A DNA stretch of 64,000 bases from an uncultured Pseudobdellovibrionaceae bacterium (GTDB lineage: Bacteria > Bdellovibrionota > FAC87 > UBA2466), in NCBI GenBank assembly GCA_964519985.1, contig CAZFMF010000018.1:4674-68673 (forward strand). Direction: 5' to 3'. Below the pieces are notes generated by a model. It had not been told where the DNA came from and did not search any database. It saw only the letters and a list, made by a program, of their open reading frames with translations. The position numbers and the translations under genes were made by a program. This document shows positions 11,571 through 20,277 of the stretch, piece after piece; the first letter of the stretch is position 1, and every line of letters begins with the position of its first letter.

Positions 11571-11909
11571 ATGGTTTACCAAGATGAGGCAGAAGTTCAG
11601 AAAGTGATTTCGGAATCAGTGGCTCAGCATCCGATCATCCTTTTCGTGAAGGGCACCCCGGAGGCGCCGCAATGCGGGTTCTCTAAAGGGGTGATGGACA
11701 TGTTTTCCTATCTCGAGGTTCCTTTCCAGACCGTGAACGTCCTGGCCGATCCGATGATTCGTGAAGGCATCAAGAAGTTCACCCAGTGGCCGACGATTCC
11801 CCAGATCTTTATCAAAGGAGAATTCATCGGCGGCTTCGATATCGTGCGCGATCTCTTCGAACGCGGCGAATTGGAAGCGATGGTGAAATCCGCTACCGCC
11901 CCCAAATAA
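11571..11909 (+). CDS. grxD: Monothiol (CGFS) glutaredoxin Grx4/GrxD
   Basis: 'ILFVKGTPEAPQCGFSKGV...WPTIPQIFIKGEFIGGFDIV'. 112 aa. Confidence 0.9.
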   Translation: MVYQDEAEVQKVISESVAQHPIILFVKGTPEAPQCGFSKGVMDMFSYLEVPFQTVNVLADPMIREGIKKFTQWPTIPQIFIKGEFIGGFDIVRDLFERGELEAMVKSATAPK

Positions 11910-11912
11910 GCC

Positions 11913-13280
11913 GTGTTTTGGAACCACCCTCTGCGCGGCTGGTTTGTTTTCGCTTTTTTCGTTCAATTGCTTTGCCCGATGCCGGTCGGCACGAACCCGG
12001 GTTCCCGGTGGGCGTTGCTCTGCGCGCTCTCCGAAGAGGGGCGCCTCGCGATCGATTCTTACGTCAATCACACCATTGATTGGTCACGGACTCCGGAAGG
12101 TCACTATTATTCCAATAAGGCCCCTGGCCCGGCACTCTTAGCTTTTCCCGTCTTCAAACTGCTCGATGGGTGGCAGACGCGTGGCATCGCCGATCGCGCG
12201 GAGCGGGACCGGATTCGGTATTTACAGCGGGGAAATAACACCCGCTTGCTGTCCTTTCTCTTCCAAGTCTTTCCTTTTTTCGCGCTCGTTTTTTGGTGGT
12301 TGCGGCGATTGGAACGCCAGGGCGTTTCCCGGGACGCCGTCGCGGGTGCGGCCATGGCGCTACTGTTGGGCAATACGGCCTGCGTTTTCCTCAACTCCTT
12401 TTTTGGCCACGGGGTCACCGCGGTTTGTGCCTTGGCGACCTTGGCGGCGGCCGTTCAGGGATCGGTGGCCGCGGCCGCCTTTTTCTTCGGGTGGGCTCTG
12501 CTCTGCGACTATTCCGCCGCCGTACTACTACTACCGCTCGGGCTTTTTTGGATTCCCGATTTTCGCGCTTCGCCCGCGCGGGGGCTTTGGTTTTTGCGGC
12601 TTGTCGTCGGTGCGGCCGTGCCGGCGGTCCTATGGATCGGGTACCACCAGATTTGCTTCGGTGGGCCGTTCACGATTGCCAATGCGTTTCAGAACCCGCT
12701 CTTCATCGAGCCCGATGCGAGTCGCCTGGGGGGAATCCTTTCCCTCCCGAACCCGGTGGTGGCGTGGGAGCTGCTCTTTGGAACGGCGCGCGGGTTGTTG
12801 TGGACCCAGCCCTGGGTACTGGTGATGTTGGCGGCGCCGTGGCTCTTCCCAATCGATCGGGCGGCGCGCTTCGCGTTTGTCACTTTCGCCTTACTCTTCG
12901 CGGTGAATGCGGCCTTTAACGGTTGGCACGGGGGCGATAGCGCGGGCCCGCGCTACCTCGCCGCCGGGTTAGCGTTGATGGGGGTGGCGTTGGGCCTAGT
13001 TTGGGATGGATTTTCGTCTCCGTTGCGGGCCGCGCTGCGATTCACGGTGAGTGTGGCCGTGGTTTTTCAGCTGGTGCTGTTCTCCGTCTACCGAATGCCG
13101 CACTATCAGCCGCTCTGGCGTTTCTTTCGGGACGAGCTGGTGGGAGAGAAGTGGGCCACCCCCGTGTCGCGATTGGCCCTGACGTTGCCGATCGCGCTAC
13201 TGCTGATCTACCGAACTTGGCGCGAGCGTCCGAACAAGTCACCGAGCAGCCGTCCCTTTTCGCCGGCGGCGGCAAACTGA
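11913..13280 (+). CDS. Polytopic membrane protein, putative GT-C-fold glycosyltransferase (family unassigned)
   Basis: 455 aa with about 10 hydrophobic segments. The start is uncertain (GTG at 11913, or Met at ~11979). Confidence 0.45.
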   Translation: MFWNHPLRGWFVFAFFVQLLCPMPVGTNPGSRWALLCALSEEGRLAIDSYVNHTIDWSRTPEGHYYSNKAPGPALLAFPVFKLLDGWQTRGIADRAERDRIRYLQRGNNTRLLSFLFQVFPFFALVFWWLRRLERQGVSRDAVAGAAMALLLGNTACVFLNSFFGHGVTAVCALATLAAAVQGSVAAAAFFFGWALLCDYSAAVLLLPLGLFWIPDFRASPARGLWFLRLVVGAAVPAVLWIGYHQICFGGPFTIANAFQNPLFIEPDASRLGGILSLPNPVVAWELLFGTARGLLWTQPWVLVMLAAPWLFPIDRAARFAFVTFALLFAVNAAFNGWHGGDSAGPRYLAAGLALMGVALGLVWDGFSSPLRAALRFTVSVAVVFQLVLFSVYRMPHYQPLWRFFRDELVGEKWATPVSRLALTLPIALLLIYRTWRERPNKSPSSRPFSPAAAN

Positions 13281-14110
13281 AATCCGGCCACGTCCTTGAC
13301 TAGGCAGTAAGCGAGATTGAGTTTCACGATCACGGCCCGAGCCGCCACTCGCGCGGCCCGCACCCAACCGCGCTTCGCGCACTGATCGGCCAGTTTTGCG
13401 AACAACGCCGATTCTTCGCGAAAACGAAGCGCGTTTTGAGTGTAGGCGGTCGTACTGTTGCCGGCGTGGCGCCGGTACGCGTATGCGAATTCGGGTAAAC
13501 CAATAAGGGTCCGGCCTTCGAAGAGCAACCGGGCCCAAAGATCGAGGTCCTGAACCATTTCCCATTGGGGATCAAAGCGCAGGGTTCCCAGTACCGATTT
13601 GCGAAAACAGGCGGTCGGACAAAAGAGAAAGTTTCCCCGGAGCAATGCGCGCAATCCCTCTTCTCCCGTGAGCAAAATCGTCTCTCGCCGCGATGGCATC
13701 AGGAAGCCCTTGTAAAAATCGGGAAAAGAAAAAACCGGTCGACCCTCGCCATCCATTACCCGGGCGCGGCAAAAAACGGCCGCCGCCTCCGGATACTGGT
13801 GGGCGGCTTCGCGCATCCGCCTCGCGTAGTTCGGCAAGAGTGCGTCGTCGCCGTGCAAGAGCGTCACGAGATCGGTTTCGGCAAGCTCGAGACAACGATT
13901 CCAATTGCCAACCATTCCCAAGCGCGTGGCGTTGTGCACGTAGCGGATGCGGGGGTCGGCGAGTCCGTCGACGAACTCCCGAATCCCGGTCTCCGTACCG
14001 TCATCGCTGATCACCAGCTTCCACTCGCTCTCGGATTGGGCCAGTACGCTGTGTACCGCTTTTTCCAAAAGGGGTCGGCCGCGGTAAAAGGGAATCGCAA
14101 AACTGATCAT
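13208..14110 (-). CDS. Glycosyltransferase family 2
   Basis: 'MISFAIPFYRGRPLLEKAVHSVLAQSESEWKLVISDDGTE' is a GT2 N-terminal motif. Confidence 0.8.
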   Translation of the reverse strand: MISFAIPFYRGRPLLEKAVHSVLAQSESEWKLVISDDGTETGIREFVDGLADPRIRYVHNATRLGMVGNWNRCLELAETDLVTLLHGDDALLPNYARRMREAAHQYPEAAAVFCRARVMDGEGRPVFSFPDFYKGFLMPSRRETILLTGEEGLRALLRGNFLFCPTACFRKSVLGTLRFDPQWEMVQDLDLWARLLFEGRTLIGLPEFAYAYRRHAGNSTTAYTQNALRFREESALFAKLADQCAKRGWVRAARVAARAVIVKLNLAYCLVKDVAGFQFAAAGEKGRLLGDLFGRSRQVR

Positions 14111-14733
14111 TTGATCGCCAACACGATAAATTCATTGTGGGAGAAGACATGTCCCACCCAGCGGGGGAATGGAAAAGAATAACGCCGCCGAATGGTCAAT
14201 CCCAATTCCACCAGCCACTGCGAAGCGAGTCGGTCATCGACAAAGTTCACATGGGTGGCATCGGATCGGTAGCCGGCCGGCTGCGGGGTGATCACCGCTA
14301 CCTTGCCCCCCTTCCGGACAAACGGGAGATAGTGCGCGAGCAAAGCTTTAGCTTCCGGGGCGGGCAGGTGCTCTAATACGTGGGCGATGAGCAGAGCGTC
14401 AAAACTGGCGGGTTTTGCGTACGGCGAGTATTGGAATTCCTCGGGCAAGAATGCGCGGAGCCCACGCTCGCGCATGCGGCGTACCGCCTCGGCATTGTGA
14501 TCGACCCCAACGCCGTGACCTTCGAGGTGTAGGAGATTACGGCCGATGCCGGCGCCGACGTCCAAAGTAAAACCCAGATCGAGACCGCGAATGTTTCGGC
14601 GGTAAGGGGCTTGCACATCGACGAAACGTCGCCAGCCACGCGATTCAATGCGCGCGAGTCGCAACGCGTATTCCCGGTCCTTCGTATTGGGACTTTCCAC
14701 CCTCAAACCATACGTTCGCCGACGCAGGCCCAC
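14107..14733 (-). CDS. Class I SAM-dependent methyltransferase
   Basis: 'LDVGAGIGRNLLHLEGHGVGVDHNAEAVRRMRERG' (motif I). The stop overlaps the start of the downstream GT2 (4 nt). Confidence 0.8.
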   Translation of the reverse strand: MGLRRRTYGLRVESPNTKDREYALRLARIESRGWRRFVDVQAPYRRNIRGLDLGFTLDVGAGIGRNLLHLEGHGVGVDHNAEAVRRMRERGLRAFLPEEFQYSPYAKPASFDALLIAHVLEHLPAPEAKALLAHYLPFVRKGGKVAVITPQPAGYRSDATHVNFVDDRLASQWLVELGLTIRRRYSFPFPRWVGHVFSHNEFIVLAIK

Positions 14734-14786
14734 AACCCCGAAAAACTTCGGTTGTTTTCTCTCCCGAAACTCGCGATCCTAGGCGG

Positions 14787-15257
14787 ATGAAACGCCTTTG
14801 CTGCTTGATTTTGGTCGGTCTGACTCCCTTGGTTTTAACCGCGGCCCCCGTCCAGCACCTAACCGTCGAGGGCGTCCGGCCGGCGCGTCTAAAAGCAAAC
14901 CAAGCGGCGGAAGTGGTGGTGGAAGTCAAAGTCCGCGATGGATTTCACGTCCAAGCCAATCCCGCCAGCAAGCCGCAGCTCATTGCGACCCGGATCGATC
15001 TGGCCGGGGGCAAGGGCCTCAGTATTGGTCGCCCGCTGTACCCACAAGGCAAACCCTATAAAGTCGGGGGATTGTCGATGACGGTCTCGACCTACGACGG
15101 CCGTTTTGAACTCAAAATCCCCATCAAGGCTTCTTCGCTGGCCAGCCCCGGCAAACAGGATCTGGCGGGTAAGATCCGTTACCAGGCTTGCGACGATAAA
15201 CTGTGCTTTCCACCGACGCTGGCCAAGTTCTCAGCCTCCGTGGAAGTCCTTCCCTAG
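14787..15257 (+). CDS. Secreted protein with a DsbD N-terminal (thiol:disulfide interchange)-like domain
   Basis: Signal peptide 'MKRLCCLILVGLTPLVLTAAP'. C-terminal 'IRYQACDDKLCFPPT' Cys pair resembles the DsbD α / DsbD_2 domain. Confidence 0.5.
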   Translation: MKRLCCLILVGLTPLVLTAAPVQHLTVEGVRPARLKANQAAEVVVEVKVRDGFHVQANPASKPQLIATRIDLAGGKGLSIGRPLYPQGKPYKVGGLSMTVSTYDGRFELKIPIKASSLASPGKQDLAGKIRYQACDDKLCFPPTLAKFSASVEVLP

Positions 15258-15284
15258 AGACATTTTCGGATTTAGGATGCCCCC

Positions 15285-16070
15285 ATGTTGAACGGCGAGA
15301 AAGTAGTTTGCGTCCTTCCGGCCTACAACGCCGAAAAGACCTTGGAAAAAACCTTGCAGGATGTGCCCGCCGGAGTGGTGGATCTTTATATTCTCGTCGA
15401 TGACTGCTCGAGCGATGCGACGGTGGCATTGGCCGAGCGCCTGCAGAGCCGATTTCCACTCAAGGTCATTCGCCACGACTCCAATAAGGGTTATGGCGGC
15501 AACCAAAAAACGTGTTACCGCGAAGCGATGAGTGAGGGCGCCGAGGTCGTGGTGATGTTGCATCCGGACTATCAGTACGAGCCCAAGCTTCTCGGGGCCT
15601 TGGCGGGTTTAGTAGCCAACGGCGTCTACGATGTTTCCCTTGGCTCGCGGATCTTGGGTATGGGGGCTCTCAAAGGGGGAATGCCCCTTTACAAGTACCT
15701 CTTCAATCGAGCTTTGACCTTGATCGAAAATCTTTTGATCGGCCAAAAACTTTCCGAGTACCACACGGGATACCGAGCCTACTCCCGGCGTGTTTTGGAT
15801 CAGGTGGCGTTCGATATCAATAGCGATGACTTTGTTTTCGACAACGAGATGCTGGTCCAATGCCACGTGGCGGGTTTTCGTATCGGCGAGATTTCGGTGC
15901 CGACCAAATACTTCCCGGAAGCCAGCTCCATCAATTTCCGTCGCAGCGTAAAGTATGGTTTCGGGGTTCTGCGCTGTTCCCTGGAAGGGTTTCTCTTTCG
16001 CACCGGATTGCGGAAACACCCACGCTTCCGAGGTTCCACTACCGTTTCCCTTCCCACTTCCCTGGGATAA
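15285..16070 (+). CDS. Glycosyltransferase family 2, dolichyl/polyprenyl-phosphate hexose synthase-like (Dpm1-like)
   Basis: 'VVCVLPAYNAEKTLEKTLQDVPAGVVDLYILVDDCSSDAT'. 261 aa. Confidence 0.8.
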   Translation: MLNGEKVVCVLPAYNAEKTLEKTLQDVPAGVVDLYILVDDCSSDATVALAERLQSRFPLKVIRHDSNKGYGGNQKTCYREAMSEGAEVVVMLHPDYQYEPKLLGALAGLVANGVYDVSLGSRILGMGALKGGMPLYKYLFNRALTLIENLLIGQKLSEYHTGYRAYSRRVLDQVAFDINSDDFVFDNEMLVQCHVAGFRIGEISVPTKYFPEASSINFRRSVKYGFGVLRCSLEGFLFRTGLRKHPRFRGSTTVSLPTSLG

Positions 16071-16096
16071 GATAATTCCCGGTCGGGGGATAGAAA

Positions 16097-18124
16097 ATGC
16101 GCACTCGTTCCAAACGCTTACGAGCCGCGGGGCCGTGGCTTGTCGCACTGAGTCTGTATTCGATTTTGCTCTTCGTTCTCCTGCGGGTACACCATTCGAC
16201 GGTTTCCGCCGAACCCGATCAGTACTACCACCTGGCGATGGCCCGTCTGATGGCCGAGAACGGCCTGATTGATTCGGTGCCGCAAGCCGACAATATGGTT
16301 TGGAAGGAGAAGTTCACTAACATTTACTTCCTTTTTACCGCCCTGACGGCGGCGGCCTGGAAAGTCGGCGGAGAACCCGCCGCGCGGGCGATTTCGCCAC
16401 TACTGACGCTCGCTCTTTTGCTGCTCCTATTTGCTTTTTGTCGGCGCTATCTCAATTGGAAATGGGCGCTCTTTCTCCCGGTCCTGCTACTGCTTCTAAA
16501 TCCGTCGACTTTCTCCCGGTATATTCATCTGCGCCCATCGGTGCTCGCCGAGTGCTTGGTGGTGGGAATGATGCTCGCGATCGTTTCGGGCCATCGCTAC
16601 GCCTTGCTGGCCACGGCTTTCTTGTTCCCCCTTAGCTACCACGCCCTGTACGTGCCCTTAACTGTTTTAGTCGGCGCGGCGGGTATTGGGTATTTTCTAG
16701 ATAAGGACGAATGGACCCGGGATGCGCTTTACGGTTTTGGGGCGTTGGCGTTGGGTTGCGTCTGCAACCCGTACTTTCCGGCGACGCTCGCGCCGATCAC
16801 CGCGAGCTTTTCGGCCGTGGCGAAGACCGGTGTGCATTGGACTGATGCGCCTATGGAAATTTTCGGCTGGGATCGGGAACGGTTTTTTGGACGCATTCCC
16901 TTTTTTGGTTTTGTGCTCGGGGCGGCCGCTTGGCTGGCGCTCTCTAAGTCGAAGAAGAAATGGGATCGGTCCGAATTTTTTTTCCTCTTCGGTTTGGCCG
17001 CGATGTTTTCGGCGCTGCTTTTTGTCTCCTATCGGGCGATGGAGTATGCGGGACCGATGCTGGTCCTGCTTTCGGCTTTCGTGATGTCGCGTCTCGCCCA
17101 ATCGCCGAAGGAGCTGGGTTTTTTGATGGCGGCCGCGGTGTTGGTGAGCTTGCCCGAGAGCGTTCGCCTTTTCCGGGTACCGTTGCCGACTCCGATCGAT
17201 TCGGTTTCCCAGCGGTCCGCGATTGATTCCATTCCGAAGGGGGAAGGGAAGAAGGTTTTTAATTGCGATTGGTCTTCGGGTGGGCCCTTGCTCTATTTGC
17301 GTCCCGACTTGAAGTTCATCGATTTGGGAGACCCGACCGCGATGGATTCGGCAAGCTCGATATTTCGTGGCTTGCGGACGGCGGTGATTGACGGCCAAAT
17401 CCCTTTTCTATTTGGACCGGTCCGCCACGCCTTCCAATCGGACTACGTGTTTTGCCAGAACCGGCCACTATTGGGAGCATTGGAACGGGATCCTCATTTC
17501 CGTCGCATCTATCCGCCCGGTCCGGCGGGGCTGGCATCGTTGAGTGCGGAGGGCTACGCCGTATATGAAGTCGCGCCCGCCCGGCACCCAAGCTTCGTCT
17601 CCGAACTGGAAAAGCAAGGCAAAGCGGGCCGGGAAAAATTGCGGACATCGCAGGCATTGCCGGAGCCGCAGCGCAGTCCCTTTTTCAATCTCTCCGCGCC
17701 TCCCGCCGCCCGCGCGATATCCAGTGAAGAGAAAGACTGTGAGCAGATTGTAGTACCCCGGGAAGAAGTGGCCCGACGACAAGGCGCCCAGTTTCTCGGG
17801 TTGGGGGGTGGTCCGGAAATGCGCGTGCAATGGAACGGAAAGCCCCTCTTCCGTCGGCACGGTGCTCGCCCCACCCAAAGTCTGGATGTCTTGATCCCGT
17901 TGCCCCAGCCGCTCGCGGCCGCGGATCGGATTGAGATTCGTGTCTGTCCGGGTTGGAATCTTCCGCAGATGGGAGTGGCAGTTTCCCTGTGGAAAAGCAC
18001 GGAAATCAAGGCGACGTGCCATTGGAAGGGAACGGCGGAGGCTTCGGCCACCGAAGTCCTTTTCTCCGAGCGCCCCGCTTACACCTGCCTCGGCACCATT
18101 GCTTCCCCGGCGCGGTCTTTATGA
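16097..18124 (+). CDS. Large GT-C-fold membrane glycosyltransferase-like protein with a C-terminal soluble domain
   Basis: 675 aa. About 370 aa of TM segments precede a soluble domain. The first extracytoplasmic loop carries 'EPDQYYHLAMARLM', reminiscent of the ArnT/PMT-type acidic loop motif. Confidence 0.55.
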   Translation: MRTRSKRLRAAGPWLVALSLYSILLFVLLRVHHSTVSAEPDQYYHLAMARLMAENGLIDSVPQADNMVWKEKFTNIYFLFTALTAAAWKVGGEPAARAISPLLTLALLLLLFAFCRRYLNWKWALFLPVLLLLLNPSTFSRYIHLRPSVLAECLVVGMMLAIVSGHRYALLATAFLFPLSYHALYVPLTVLVGAAGIGYFLDKDEWTRDALYGFGALALGCVCNPYFPATLAPITASFSAVAKTGVHWTDAPMEIFGWDRERFFGRIPFFGFVLGAAAWLALSKSKKKWDRSEFFFLFGLAAMFSALLFVSYRAMEYAGPMLVLLSAFVMSRLAQSPKELGFLMAAAVLVSLPESVRLFRVPLPTPIDSVSQRSAIDSIPKGEGKKVFNCDWSSGGPLLYLRPDLKFIDLGDPTAMDSASSIFRGLRTAVIDGQIPFLFGPVRHAFQSDYVFCQNRPLLGALERDPHFRRIYPPGPAGLASLSAEGYAVYEVAPARHPSFVSELEKQGKAGREKLRTSQALPEPQRSPFFNLSAPPAARAISSEEKDCEQIVVPREEVARRQGAQFLGLGGGPEMRVQWNGKPLFRRHGARPTQSLDVLIPLPQPLAAADRIEIRVCPGWNLPQMGVAVSLWKSTEIKATCHWKGTAEASATEVLFSERPAYTCLGTIASPARSL

Positions 18125-20277
18125 CGAAGAAGCGAGTCCGCCAAGCCAGTCGACGGGGACAGCCCGAACTCGAACGTTGGTTGCCGGCCTTGATTGTGGC
18201 CAGCTTCCTCGTGCCGCTCATGTTTTTGGTTTTGCTTTTTTGCGATATGCGCGCACAGGAAGCGCAATTCCTATTGATTGATGGTGTCTTCCAAACGCTG
18301 GATCCATTACGGCGCCTTTTCTCCGGCCAGGTCTTTTTCCGCGATTTCGTTTCTTACCTCGGCATTGGCCACACCTTGATGTACGTGCCACTTTTCGCGT
18401 TGCTCGGCCAAACGCTTTACGCCTCCATGTTTTCCGCGCATTTCGTGGTTTGCATTGCCACCGGTGCTTCATTGGTCTTAGTCGCGGCGATGGTTTTTCG
18501 TTCTTGGCGTTGGGGCGCGATCTTGGCGGCCGTTTTCCTGGCGCACGCGATCTTTAACCCTTCGCTGCAATTCATCTTGCTTCCCCCGACATTCATCGAT
18601 CCCGGTGTTTCGGGACGTCCGATCCGCCTTTTCCTACCTACGTTGATTGCCTTGATCCTCTATTTTAGTTGGCCGCGGCTCAGTGGGAAAACCCGTCGCG
18701 CCGCGATTCACCGTGCCGCCGCTCTGGCCGGGCTGGGAGCGGTCTCCATCTTTTACAGCAATGACTACGGGCTGCCGGTGGCGGTGACCCTTCCATTGGT
18801 TTTTATTTTCCTGCGGCCGGGCAATTCGCAGCGTGGAATCGAACTGGGCATCTACGCCCTCGTCTTGCCGATTCTCATTTTCCTGCTGGGCAATTTACTG
18901 ACCCTTGGACATTTCTTCGACTGGTACCGGTACAACTTCGATTGGGTCGCACGTTCCCAGTTTTGGTATTTTGAAGATTACACAAAAAAACTGGTTGGCC
19001 TGGGGGATTGGCTCCAGTTCTGGATGCTGGAGGATGCGTACAAGGTACGGATGGTCGCGTGCGTACCCCTGCTCATTTACATTTGGTTCCGCGGGCCGGC
19101 GGGCCTCACCGCTCCCGCCGTGCTGCTTTTCTTGGGGATTACCCATCTTCTCTCGGCGATTGTCGTTCAGTTTGGATCCTGGCGGGATAGTGGCTACGAA
19201 TTAGGCTTAGCGCTCGAATATAAGTTCATCGAGCTCTATTGCATTCTGTTTTTGCTCCGCCAATTGCCGTGGGCGCGCCTCTTCAAGCGTCTCGGCAAGG
19301 GGGCACGGCGCCAGTGGGAACGGATTGTCGCGCGGGAGCGAGAGTTTCGCGACATCGCCTTCGTGGTGGGTGCGCTAACCACGGCTATCTATATTGGTTC
19401 TCAAGCCATGCGCCTGCAGCGATTTTACGAATCGGTCGACTCAGCGTTTGGTGAGCGCCCGACGATGCCGATCGTGGACCGGACCCTCGATGATCAACGC
19501 AAGCTGGATATGCAGGTTTTGGCCTCACTCAAAGCCCAGCTCGGCGCGGGCACGGTCCTTTCCGAGTACAGCGGCTTAGATCTCCTGGGATTGGGTAAGA
19601 TCAGTGATAGTCGCGCCGGCCTAATCATTCACGCTTTCGGAGGAGATCGAGAGGCGATCGTCGATAAACTGACGCGCAAGTCGACCGCGCTGGTTTCGAC
19701 GGTTTCCAATCGGTTTACCAACTGGATTGAATGGAGCGTGCGGCAGAACTGGTGGTTCTACCGACCCCTTTACGAAAACTACCAATTGGTGGCCGCGAGT
19801 CCGGGTTACCTTTTTTGGAAACCGCGAGTCCGTCCGCTTGCCTTCGACTCCGAAAAGCTGACCTGCCGCTGGACGCAGACGAACGGGAGATTTTTTTTCT
19901 CCGTTACGCGCGAGAGCGGCAAGCCGCGTTGGAAGGAAAATGCGTTGGCGGAGTTGGAGCTGACGGTTCGCCCGGGCGATCTGAGTGGCTACCGCAAGAC
20001 CCTGCAGCGGGAACTACTGGTCCTCGCTTTTCCCGAAACCCCCATGGAACAGGTTGTGAATCAAAATGGATTGCGTATGGGGCGTCCGGTAGTGCCGGGG
20101 TCGTTTGCCTTTCCGATCGAGGTGCGAAACTCGGGGAAAATGCGTTTCGAAATGAACCTGGAGGCGACCTTTCCCCGGACGATTTCCGTGGAGGCGTGCG
20201 CGGCAAAGGTGATTGCGCCCATGAGCACATTTCGCCCGCCGCGTGAACGTCCCTACGCACCCCGGGTCAGCGAGTGA
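18121..20277 (+). CDS. Large polytopic membrane protein (GT-C-like) with a C-terminal soluble domain
   Basis: The ATG at 18121 overlaps the upstream stop (ATGA). 'MTKKRVRQ...LIVASFLVPLMFLVLLF' is followed by many TM helices. About 718 aa. Confidence 0.5.
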   Translation: MTKKRVRQASRRGQPELERWLPALIVASFLVPLMFLVLLFCDMRAQEAQFLLIDGVFQTLDPLRRLFSGQVFFRDFVSYLGIGHTLMYVPLFALLGQTLYASMFSAHFVVCIATGASLVLVAAMVFRSWRWGAILAAVFLAHAIFNPSLQFILLPPTFIDPGVSGRPIRLFLPTLIALILYFSWPRLSGKTRRAAIHRAAALAGLGAVSIFYSNDYGLPVAVTLPLVFIFLRPGNSQRGIELGIYALVLPILIFLLGNLLTLGHFFDWYRYNFDWVARSQFWYFEDYTKKLVGLGDWLQFWMLEDAYKVRMVACVPLLIYIWFRGPAGLTAPAVLLFLGITHLLSAIVVQFGSWRDSGYELGLALEYKFIELYCILFLLRQLPWARLFKRLGKGARRQWERIVAREREFRDIAFVVGALTTAIYIGSQAMRLQRFYESVDSAFGERPTMPIVDRTLDDQRKLDMQVLASLKAQLGAGTVLSEYSGLDLLGLGKISDSRAGLIIHAFGGDREAIVDKLTRKSTALVSTVSNRFTNWIEWSVRQNWWFYRPLYENYQLVAASPGYLFWKPRVRPLAFDSEKLTCRWTQTNGRFFFSVTRESGKPRWKENALAELELTVRPGDLSGYRKTLQRELLVLAFPETPMEQVVNQNGLRMGRPVVPGSFAFPIEVRNSGKMRFEMNLEATFPRTISVEACAAKVIAPMSTFRPPRERPYAPRVSE

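Noticed and set aside
11227-11572. N-terminal ~115-codon extension of the 9713..11572 ORF
   Set aside because: It overlaps the well-supported bolA gene on the opposite strand. The AKR domain begins only after the internal Met. The same kind of spurious 5' extension was trimmed for the aguB, MazG, exosortase, FkbM, TIM-barrel and epimerase ORFs.
12166-12919. Overlapping plus-strand ORFs of 219 and 208 aa inside the 11913..13280 membrane-protein gene
   Set aside because: They are alternative frames with Arg/Gly/Pro-rich products. The hydrophobic frame is the real one.
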